Source: a virus. Taken from it: a stretch of 64,000 bases of DNA. Below the pieces are notes generated by a model that saw nothing but the letters and a program-made list of their open reading frames with translations, did no database searches and was not told where the DNA came from. The stretch lies in the IMG/VR virus record IMGVR_UViG_3300046737_000227, positions 1 through 64,000 of that record; one strand, written 5' to 3'. Position numbers and translations under genes: made by a program. Shown one piece after another: positions 57,350-64,000 of the stretch (position 1 is the first letter of the stretch; each line of letters starts with the position of its first letter).

Positions 57350-57912
57350 TTCTTGTTTTTAGGTTTGGGATTGTCGTCCGGCGGGTCGATTTCAATGTGA
57401 TATTGGTCGTCCGCCAGCCGCTTAAAGGCAAGGTCAAAGTCGTAGAGCGCGGCCTCGGGGGTATGCCCGCGGCCCACGATGTGGCCGGCAGCGACGCCGG
57501 GGTCGCCGTAGATGGCGAGGAAAATTCCATCGTGCTGAAAAATTTGCGGCTTGAACTGCAGGTGCGGCAGCAGCGCGGCTTCGAGGGTTTTTTTCTGCGC
57601 CGCCAGGACCGCTTGCTGCGCTTCCTGGGTCTTGACGATGGAGCTGTAGAGGTCCCCCGACTTGTCCATCCCCCAGCGCGATTGGTCCGAGAGCATGGTG
57701 TTCAGCTGCTCGCACGCCTTGCAAAACGTTACCGTGGCCGCCGCCAGCGCGCCGCCGTCCAGCTCCGGGTGTGCCTCGGATGCGTCGAACCCCCGGTGCG
57801 GGGAGAGGAGATAAGCTTGCAGCGCGTTGGTGACTTGCAGGATGGCGACAATTTGAGCGGAATTCACCGTCTCGCGATTGGGCACCATCATCGGGTAATT
57901 GTCGTTGCTCAT
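57346..57912 (-). CDS. hypothetical protein (188 aa)
   Basis: The internal ATG (MSNDNYPMMVPN...) lies 7 nt after the class B-like hexamer. Confidence 0.55.
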   Translation of the reverse strand: MSNDNYPMMVPNRETVNSAQIVAILQVTNALQAYLLSPHRGFDASEAHPELDGGALAAATVTFCKACEQLNTMLSDQSRWGMDKSGDLYSSIVKTQEAQQAVLAAQKKTLEAALLPHLQFKPQIFQHDGIFLAIYGDPGVAAGHIVGRGHTPEAALYDFDLAFKRLADDQYHIEIDPPDDNPKPKNKK

Positions 57913-57917
57913 CCCAT

Positions 57918-58436
57918 TTAAGGTGTGGACTTTTTCGGAGTTGTCAAGGGCGAAGCCAGGGTCGCTTCTGCCCAGTGCAGGAGGTGCCACGCGTCGATGG
58001 CGTCGTCGCCCATGAAGTCCAGCGCCAGCGGAGGCTGGCCGGTCTTTTCCAGGTAGGCCAGCGCCATCGCATCCTTGTCCGCCGCCCCGCTGCCGGTCGC
58101 AAACTTTTTCAAAGTCTGAACCGGGCAACAGATGGTCGGGATTTTGTGGTCATGTGCAAAAAGCCAAACGACCGTCCGGAACGCGGACCAAAGGTGGGCC
58201 TGCGCCTGGGAGCGCACGAACTTCACGTCCTCGTAGGCGATACAATGGATGGGTCGCACTGCCCAACGCGCTCTGAGATATTCCCGCAGCTGCGGGAGCC
58301 GCGGGTCGATGACGCAGCAGTCCGCCCCCTTCTTTTTGGTTGTAAGTTCCCAAGTGCCGGCGCATATCGGCCCTTCCGGGACAAGCCGCGCGGCCCAGCC
58401 GGTCTTGGTGCCCAGGTCCAGCGCCAGGATGTTCAC
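57918..58436 (-). CDS. RuvC-like Holliday junction resolvase (172 aa, GTG start)
   Basis: VNILALDLGTKTGWA is the N-terminal catalytic Asp motif. MGDDAIDAWHLL lies near the C-terminus. GTGA overlap. Confidence 0.65.
   Translation of the reverse strand: MNILALDLGTKTGWAARLVPEGPICAGTWELTTKKKGADCCVIDPRLPQLREYLRARWAVRPIHCIAYEDVKFVRSQAQAHLWSAFRTVVWLFAHDHKIPTICCPVQTLKKFATGSGAADKDAMALAYLEKTGQPPLALDFMGDDAIDAWHLLHWAEATLASPLTTPKKSTP
57920..57947 (-). promoter_or_regulatory. class B-like promoter (TTGACA-N16-CACCTT)
   Basis: TTGACA ACTCCGAAAAAGTCCA CACCTT AAATGGG ATG. Lies inside the 3' end of the RuvC-like gene. Confidence 0.45.
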
Positions 58437-58630
58437 TTCCTCACCTCCCGGTCGCACCACATGAAGTGGTCCTTGGCGTCATCCCCCACGGCCCCGCAGT
58501 GGCTGCACACCGGCAGCTCACCGCACGTTGCGCAGACATAGCCCCAGATGTGCCGCTGCACCCCGACGCCGATGTCCACTTCCTCGGCGCATTCCTCGGT
58601 GTCGACGCGCCCGCAGATTGGACACTTCAC
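58433..58630 (-). CDS. zinc-ribbon protein (65 aa)
   Basis: CPICG...CATCG...CSHCG. Confidence 0.55.
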   Translation of the reverse strand: MKCPICGRVDTEECAEEVDIGVGVQRHIWGYVCATCGELPVCSHCGAVGDDAKDHFMWCDREVRK

Positions 58631-59418
58631 ACTTCCCCCTGCGCGTCGACGCCGGCCTTGGCGAATGCCTTGGCGAGCTTGCCGATGGCGACGTCGTGGA
58701 TTTGGCGAACCCGTTCGCGCGTGATGTCGAGCGTGTCCCCGATTTCGCGGAGGTTCAGGTCCTCGTAATAAAACATACGGAGGATTTTCAGCTCCTTAGC
58801 CGTGAGCGCACTGGACTGCGCCTTTGCCAAGCATGCCAGCACCAGCTCGCGGCTGTCGTTCTCAACGTCAGGCTGCACGATGCCGGCATCGTTGTCCAGG
58901 AGCCCGAGGTTTTCCCCGTCGGTGTCCGGGAAGTTCCCGTGATAGTCGACGATATCCTTGGACCGCCAGAGCGTGGCGATTTCGGACCGGATGTAAGGCT
59001 TCGCGTAGCTCGAGAAGCGCTTCCCGCGCGTGTGGTCGAACGCCTCGAACGCCTTCATCAAGCCGAAGTTCGCCGCACTGACGACCTCGTTGTCCGGCAG
59101 TTTGCCCTTCACGATTTTTCGCGCGTAGGTGGCCGCAAAAAGAAGGTGGTTGGTGATGATGTATTCGCGCGCCTGCTGCACCTCCGTCGCCGTGGCCTTG
59201 ACGCCGCGGGCGGTGGTGAACAGCCGCGTCTCGTCCTCGGCGGACAAGAGGGTGAACTTGAGGTCGGTCCCGGGAGCGTAGTAACTTTGGTTGTCGGTCA
59301 TAGAAAAGTAGTGGGGGCACAGGGGCATCCACGGTCCGAAGCGAGAGAGGTATTCCTCCGCTCGATTCGAGCCCGTCGGGTTGGGCCGGTCTGAATATCC
59401 CACGATTAGGTTCTTCAT
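58627..59418 (-). CDS. sigma-70-family RNA polymerase sigma factor (263 aa)
   Basis: Region 2-like NFGLMKAFEAFDHTRGKRFSSYAKPYIRSEI. Region 4 LTAKELKILRMFYYEDLNLREIGDTLDITRERVRQIHDVAIGKL. Confidence 0.85.
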   Translation of the reverse strand: MKNLIVGYSDRPNPTGSNRAEEYLSRFGPWMPLCPHYFSMTDNQSYYAPGTDLKFTLLSAEDETRLFTTARGVKATATEVQQAREYIITNHLLFAATYARKIVKGKLPDNEVVSAANFGLMKAFEAFDHTRGKRFSSYAKPYIRSEIATLWRSKDIVDYHGNFPDTDGENLGLLDNDAGIVQPDVENDSRELVLACLAKAQSSALTAKELKILRMFYYEDLNLREIGDTLDITRERVRQIHDVAIGKLAKAFAKAGVDAQGEV

Positions 59419-61646
59419 TTCTGGTATGGGTTGTTTGGGGTCTGTGAGATTGCTTTGGCTATCGGCCCTTGCGGGTAGCGGTTGCCGCGGCAAATTGTGA
59501 ACGTGCGGCGATGTTCGTCGCCACGGATTTTAATGTCGAAACCTTTTTGCGCGAGCACGGGCAGCATCTTGCCCAGGGACTCCGCGGTCGTGCGGCCCAT
59601 GGCCTCGGACATGTGACAGTCAATGGCCATCGACATGTAAAGCTGGTAGGCGGTCCCTTCCCAGCAAGTTTTCTCCGGATGCCGCTCGACGAAGTAAAGG
59701 CGCATCCACTCGTCGACCTGCTCACCGATGGCGGCAGCGGACGACGACTGATTAGCTTCCTGAATGAGCGATGCATCATGGTAATGAACTGGTCCGTATC
59801 GCTTTTCTTTTCCCAGCCGGCGGGCCGGGATTTCGTAGTCGAGCAGATACCGCCCGAAGTATGGCAGCTCCCGAACGAGAATGCGATTTAATTCGTCGCG
59901 GTCCGGAAAAAGAAAGCCGTCCGTGCGGTTGGCTACGCAGCGAAAAAGATTCAGCTTGTCGAGGTTCGACATGCCTGTCTCGGGTAGCCCGCGCAAGCTG
60001 TCCGGGTCATCGTTGAGCGAGCCGAGGATACGCCCGGACCAGTCGATAAGGCCGGCTTTGCGGAATTTTTCGTTCGAGCGGAACGCCTGATTCGCGCAAG
60101 CGCGCTTCAGCATCTCGGTGAAGATGCGGTGCGAGCGTGGGTCGAGCCCCATCATGTTGTCGTCGATTGCCCAGATGAACACCTCGAACAGTTCGCTGTT
60201 GAACTGGTCGCGGCCCATTATCCAGTCTTGGCACTCCGCGTAGCCGCTGAACAGCACGCCGACGATGTAGCGCGTGTTGAGCGTCTTGCCGCAGGCCGGG
60301 GGACCGACGAAGAAGGTGACCTGTCCCGGCTTCGGGTTGCGCATGAACGCGGAGGTGTAAGCGTAGGCGAGATAGGCGATGTATGCCTCGAGCGCCTCGC
60401 CGCTGGTCAGCCAGCCGTCGTAGAACTTCGCGAGGAACGGGAAGTTGTCGCCCCACTTCTGCGTCCCGGACGCCGGCTGGAGCACGTCGCGATTGTGAAC
60501 ATTGAGAAACCTTTTTCCGTGCATCGGCATGATACCTTTTTGATAGAAGGAGAAGCTACCGGCGGATTCTATCAGTCCGTTGTTTTGGATGTGCGTGATT
60601 GCGTCATCCACCGACGAAGAGTTTTTTCCTTTGGGCCGGCGGTCGGACAGCCCGCGCTCACAGCGGAGGTGTCGCCCCAGGTCGTCCGCGCCGCCGAAGA
60701 TGTAGTGACCGGTGCCCTGCTTGCGGATGAACTGTTTGCCGTCGTAAAAGATTCCCTCGACCGCGTTGCCCATCAGCTTCAGCTGATATTCAGCGACGAA
60801 CTGCGCGCCGAAAAAGTCGGACCACAACATGAACGGCTTGTGCTGCGCACTTTTGGAGAACGAATAAATGCCCTCCTCGTTCACGATGGCGGACCGGGGG
60901 CTCTCCGATTCGGGTTCCCAGAACGTCGGACCCTGCGCGTCCTTCTTAAACTCCGCGGGACCGCCGGGCCACGCGGTGACGAAGTTCGGATACTTTTCCG
61001 CCATCTTCGCGGCGACGATGTCGAGTGGGATTTTTACCGCGTCCTTGACGCCGCCCCAGTTGAATTCCTTGACCTTGGTGAGGAGCCAGCCGAGGACCAA
61101 GTCTTTAGCCAGCGGCACGTCGTGGATTTTTTCCCAGCGGCAGCCGTTCGTGTAATAGCGCGTGACGGACTCCACCGCCGGCTCGTCCACGCCGGGGCAC
61201 TGGCGATACGGCAGCAGCTCGTGGATTCGCTGCAGGATGAACTTGGCATAGTCCGCGTCGCCCAGGAAAGCGATGGGCACCTCGAGCAGCCACACCAGCC
61301 GATACTGGCCGGAAAAAGTCGTCTCGATGTAGTTCGGTTTGCGGTCCCCCATGCGCTCGAGCGCGCCATCCAGCTCGGGTCGCGTCAGCTTGCAGTCCAC
61401 GTCGATGGGAACCGCCCGACCGTCGAACGGCGGATTCTCTTTGCTGATGCGTAGGTTCGGGTTGACGCCTTGGTAGCACGAATACATCTGATGCGTCGTG
61501 CTCGGACGGTTGGCCCAGGCATCGCGCGCCTTTTTATCCGAGAAACAGTCCGGCGGGACCTTGGCGAGATTTTCCGGTGGAAACTCCCAGGGCACACAAG
61601 GGGTGACTTCGTGCGAGCTGAGGTTGCGCAGAGAGAAAAGGTTCAT
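59415..61646 (-). CDS. primase-polymerase / SF3-type helicase fusion (743 aa)
   Basis: Walker A GPPACGKT and Walker B-like IWAIDDN. The N-terminal region has PIDVD and TTFSGQYRLVWLL. ATGA overlaps at both ends. Confidence 0.75.
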   Translation of the reverse strand: MNLFSLRNLSSHEVTPCVPWEFPPENLAKVPPDCFSDKKARDAWANRPSTTHQMYSCYQGVNPNLRISKENPPFDGRAVPIDVDCKLTRPELDGALERMGDRKPNYIETTFSGQYRLVWLLEVPIAFLGDADYAKFILQRIHELLPYRQCPGVDEPAVESVTRYYTNGCRWEKIHDVPLAKDLVLGWLLTKVKEFNWGGVKDAVKIPLDIVAAKMAEKYPNFVTAWPGGPAEFKKDAQGPTFWEPESESPRSAIVNEEGIYSFSKSAQHKPFMLWSDFFGAQFVAEYQLKLMGNAVEGIFYDGKQFIRKQGTGHYIFGGADDLGRHLRCERGLSDRRPKGKNSSSVDDAITHIQNNGLIESAGSFSFYQKGIMPMHGKRFLNVHNRDVLQPASGTQKWGDNFPFLAKFYDGWLTSGEALEAYIAYLAYAYTSAFMRNPKPGQVTFFVGPPACGKTLNTRYIVGVLFSGYAECQDWIMGRDQFNSELFEVFIWAIDDNMMGLDPRSHRIFTEMLKRACANQAFRSNEKFRKAGLIDWSGRILGSLNDDPDSLRGLPETGMSNLDKLNLFRCVANRTDGFLFPDRDELNRILVRELPYFGRYLLDYEIPARRLGKEKRYGPVHYHDASLIQEANQSSSAAAIGEQVDEWMRLYFVERHPEKTCWEGTAYQLYMSMAIDCHMSEAMGRTTAESLGKMLPVLAQKGFDIKIRGDEHRRTFTICRGNRYPQGPIAKAISQTPNNPYQK

Positions 61647-62521
61647 TTGCAGTAGCAGGGAACCTCGTTTGCCTCGGCAGAGATGGGACAGCCGCGGAGC
61701 CACGGGGGGCAGGTCGACATGATGTCGCTCACCATCTCGGCGGTGATATAGCTCGCGCACTCGCAGACCGCTTCATCGTGCACGGTGAACAGCACGCGGA
61801 TGCCGGGCGTGCGGGACAACAGCACGACGTGAAACGCGAACACGTCGCGCGCGGTCGCCTGCACCAAATTTTCGCAGAGCAGCCCGCCGTAAAAAACAGA
61901 GCGCATGCCGCCGACGTCCGCGGTATAAACCAGCTTGCGCTTCATCGTGCCCGTCGGCTCGCCGTCGTCATCCGTCTCGGGCACCAGCCGCCATTCCGAC
62001 CGGACGTCGCGGTAGACCATCGTGCGGCCCGAGGGCAGCTCCATCCGGAAGTCCCCGCCACACGCCGCCTTGAAGCCCTCGTCCAGCTTGCGCCAGAGCG
62101 CCACAATGCCGGGATTCGAGTCGCGGAATTCCTTGACGATGCGGCGCGAGGTGGCCCCGTAGCCGGACCGCATCTTCGGGGTGCCGTCCTCGTTCCAGCA
62201 CAGCTCGCCGTCGCGCGTTTTCTTCTGCTCGAACTTCGGGTCGTCCTTGGTGATGTCCAGGCCGGCCATCGACTTGGCCATCGTGATGAACTTCAGCCAG
62301 CCGGCGCCGTAGCCCAGGCCCAGCACGCGCACCTTGGAAAGCGCATACATGCCGGGGTTTTCTTTCTTCAGGTCGCCGCCGTCCCAGCCCATCGTGGACT
62401 TGGCGTGTGCGACATAAGGCGAGTCACCATCCGCCATCGCGCGCAGCGCAATGACGTCGTTGATTAGCCAGGAGAGAACGCGAGGTTCGATTTGGCTCAG
62501 GTCAGAAACTATCATCTTCAT
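61643..62521 (-). CDS. family A DNA polymerase, C-terminal fragment (motifs A, B, C; 292 aa)
   Basis: SDLSQIEPRVLS (motif A), RVLGLGYGAG (motif B region), FTVHDEAV (motif C). Confidence 0.85.
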   Translation of the reverse strand: MKMIVSDLSQIEPRVLSWLINDVIALRAMADGDSPYVAHAKSTMGWDGGDLKKENPGMYALSKVRVLGLGYGAGWLKFITMAKSMAGLDITKDDPKFEQKKTRDGELCWNEDGTPKMRSGYGATSRRIVKEFRDSNPGIVALWRKLDEGFKAACGGDFRMELPSGRTMVYRDVRSEWRLVPETDDDGEPTGTMKRKLVYTADVGGMRSVFYGGLLCENLVQATARDVFAFHVVLLSRTPGIRVLFTVHDEAVCECASYITAEMVSDIMSTCPPWLRGCPISAEANEVPCYCK

Positions 62522-62757
62522 GCGACCTCCGCAGGTTTATCCGCCGTCAGCTTCTGCGGCTGAAGTCGGGTTCCACTAGTCAAAATTTGGTGCCACACGC
62601 GGCCCCGAAAAAGGACGGTCAGCCGCTCTCGCCATGTGAGCTTCCAACATGCGGTTACCCGTCCCGTCGCGCACGAATAGTGCGCCGGAAACGGCAGATA
62701 GGGCGGCTGGTTTTTCGCGATGACCAGCGTCTGTTCACGGAATTCGATTGGTGTCAT
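62518..62757 (-). CDS. 79-aa ORF inserted between the two polymerase fragments
   Basis: ATGA overlaps on both sides. Protein-like sequence MTPIEFREQTLVIAKNQPPYLPFPAHYSCATGRVTACWKLTWRERLTVLFRGRVWHQ... Confidence 0.5.
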   Translation of the reverse strand: MTPIEFREQTLVIAKNQPPYLPFPAHYSCATGRVTACWKLTWRERLTVLFRGRVWHQILTSGTRLQPQKLTADKPAEVA

Positions 62758-63839
62758 GTTCGGGGAATGATTAGCCGGCGCACGTCTAACGTATGCACCG
62801 CGTCTTTTTTGTCGTCGACAAGCACGCCGCTCGCGTTAGCGTAGAGAGGCACCTTGCGAAAATTCTGGAAGTTCAGCCCGAAGTCGCCGGACCAGCGGCC
62901 CGTGTGCGCGCCAAAATATTTCAGGCCGAAGGGCATCGTGCCGTCCGGGCGCACCCGGATTTTGAAGGTCTTCAGCGTGGTCAACAGCTTGTTCGTCTGC
63001 CGCCAGTCGCCCACGGCTTTTATCCACGGGAACCGCGGCGAGTATTCCGCTTCCCAGGAGTCGAACGCATCCACGCCATCGCGCGACTTGACCGGCGGGC
63101 ACGGGATGTTGCACTTGCGACACTCCGCGGCCATTTGTTTGGGTGACGTGGGCGGGTGGCCCTGCGCGGTCCACGGTAGCGCGAACTGGCAAGTGATGAC
63201 CATCGTCTCGCAAATGCGGATGTATTCGTCGAGCAGCGGCACGTCAATTTGCACGCCGGTCATCCCTTGGTCGATGGTGATGCGGGACAACTCGCGCTCG
63301 AGCTCGGGCCACTGCGGACCAAACTTGTTCCAGAGGAGCCAGCAGTGGTAGGCGTCGCCGCGGCCATACTCCAGCATCCGGTCCCAGCCGGCGGCGTCGG
63401 CCTTGAGCTCCGCAGACGTCTTGCCATTCGCCTCCTCGCGCGTGGACTTGTCCACCCGGATGTCCAGCAGATGTTCGCACGCATCCGCCAGCGAGCGGAG
63501 GTTGCAGAGGTAAGAGCTCAAATTTGCAGTGCAGTGCCACGTAATTTTTTTCTTGGGTGCCCAGCCGCGGCGGACCGTCTCGTTGTAGACCGTGCTGTCG
63601 AACTGAGCATTGTGGGCGACCAGCGTCACGCCATCCGTGAAGTTGCTGTCCTCGAGGGTGTCCCAGTTGAAGTCATTCGGTGAGCCGGCCCAGGAATTGG
63701 ACCCGTCGCTCACCGATAAAAGATAGGGGTCGAACCGGTCGTCCCGGCAGTAGCCCTCGGCACCCAGGTGCTTGATATCGTATTTGAGCTTCGTGTCAAA
63801 AAACGTTTCGTAGTCGAAGCCGAGATGGGATATCTTCAT
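62754..63839 (-). CDS. family A DNA polymerase, N-terminal fragment (3'-5' exonuclease plus start of the polymerase domain; 361 aa)
   Basis: Exo I FDYET, Exo II HNAQFD, Exo III YGRGDAY, then GAHTGRWS and QNF. Ends VRRLIIPRT just before where motif A is expected. Confidence 0.85.
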   Translation of the reverse strand: MKISHLGFDYETFFDTKLKYDIKHLGAEGYCRDDRFDPYLLSVSDGSNSWAGSPNDFNWDTLEDSNFTDGVTLVAHNAQFDSTVYNETVRRGWAPKKKITWHCTANLSSYLCNLRSLADACEHLLDIRVDKSTREEANGKTSAELKADAAGWDRMLEYGRGDAYHCWLLWNKFGPQWPELERELSRITIDQGMTGVQIDVPLLDEYIRICETMVITCQFALPWTAQGHPPTSPKQMAAECRKCNIPCPPVKSRDGVDAFDSWEAEYSPRFPWIKAVGDWRQTNKLLTTLKTFKIRVRPDGTMPFGLKYFGAHTGRWSGDFGLNFQNFRKVPLYANASGVLVDDKKDAVHTLDVRRLIIPRT

Positions 63840-63849
63840 TACAATCTAA

Positions 63850-63877
63850 CCAGTGCGGACTTTTCGGAAAATGTCAA
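63850..63877 (-). promoter_or_regulatory. class B promoter for the polymerase operon
   Basis: TTGACA TTTTCCGAAAAGTCCG CACTGG TTAGATTGTA ATG. Confidence 0.5.
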
Positions 63878-63893
63878 GCCCCTCCGTGGGCTT
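63876..63893 (-). terminator. hairpin AAGCCC-ACGGAG-GGGCTT merging into the -35 and an ATTTT run
   Basis: Lies 22 nt after the stop of the upstream partial gene. The stem overlaps TTGACA. Confidence 0.45.
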
Positions 63894-63915
63894 GGCACCA
63901 GAGGAGAGTTTAAGG

Positions 63916-64000
63916 CTATTCAACGTCGTCACTGACAGGAGAAAATTCATCCAGGAATTTTTCTATTCCCCAAAGAATTTGCTCGCGCGTGAAATGGGAA
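63916..64000 (-). CDS. 3' end of a gene continuing beyond the window
   Basis: Open frame ...HFTREQILWGIEKFLDEFSPVSDDVE, with a stop at 63916-63918. Confidence 0.35.
   Translation of the reverse strand, partial: SHFTREQILWGIEKFLDEFSPVSDDVE

Noticed and set aside
55988-61454. Plus-strand ORFs 55988..57400 and 60129..61454 opposite the replication genes.
   Set aside because: They lie opposite motif-supported minus-strand genes (phosphoesterase, primase-helicase) and have shadow-ORF composition.
62518-62757. Intein, group I intron or translational bypass as the explanation for the polymerase interruption.
   Set aside because: The three ORFs are in different frames with proper stop/start overlaps. 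The insert lacks Cys/Ser...HN intein termini and is too small for an intein. I could not recognise intron core helices. A 237-nt gap is far beyond known bypass lengths.

Overview
The whole 64-kb window is GC-rich tailed-phage or prophage DNA with podovirus-like gene content. I saw no clear host flank. It has three transcription blocks.

(1) 10543 down to 1, minus strand: about 30 small early ORFs, plus a non-coding RNA locus at 363-861 that ends in a tRNA-like T-arm/acceptor/CCA.

(2) 10907-52468, plus strand: an HTH protein, two paralogous HNH endonucleases, a chain of small ORFs, a small serine recombinase, TerL, portal and scaffold. Next comes a five-gene glycosyl/sulfo-transfer cassette that includes GDP-L-fucose synthase, then the major capsid protein. 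The block continues with tail-fibre proteins (three collagen-like), putative tail-tube proteins, a GNAT moron and internal virion proteins, one of them a 2304-aa giant.

(3) 64000 down to 52451, minus strand: a family A DNA polymerase split into two genes by a 79-aa ORF, primase-helicase, a sigma-70-family factor, a RuvC-like resolvase, an Mre11/SbcD-like phosphoesterase, a transglutaminase-like peptidase, an HNH-AP2 homing endonuclease and a GT4 glycosyltransferase.

The two divergent arms meet at a perfect 43-bp inverted repeat that brackets a 75-bp AT-rich core.

About 25 copies of a TTGACA-N16/17-hexamer promoter lie a few nt from start codons, which implies leaderless mRNAs. Shine-Dalgarno sequences are almost absent, and ATGA/GTGA overlaps are pervasive.

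All functional calls rest on motifs I recognised by eye. No database search was possible. Small-ORF boundaries are provisional.
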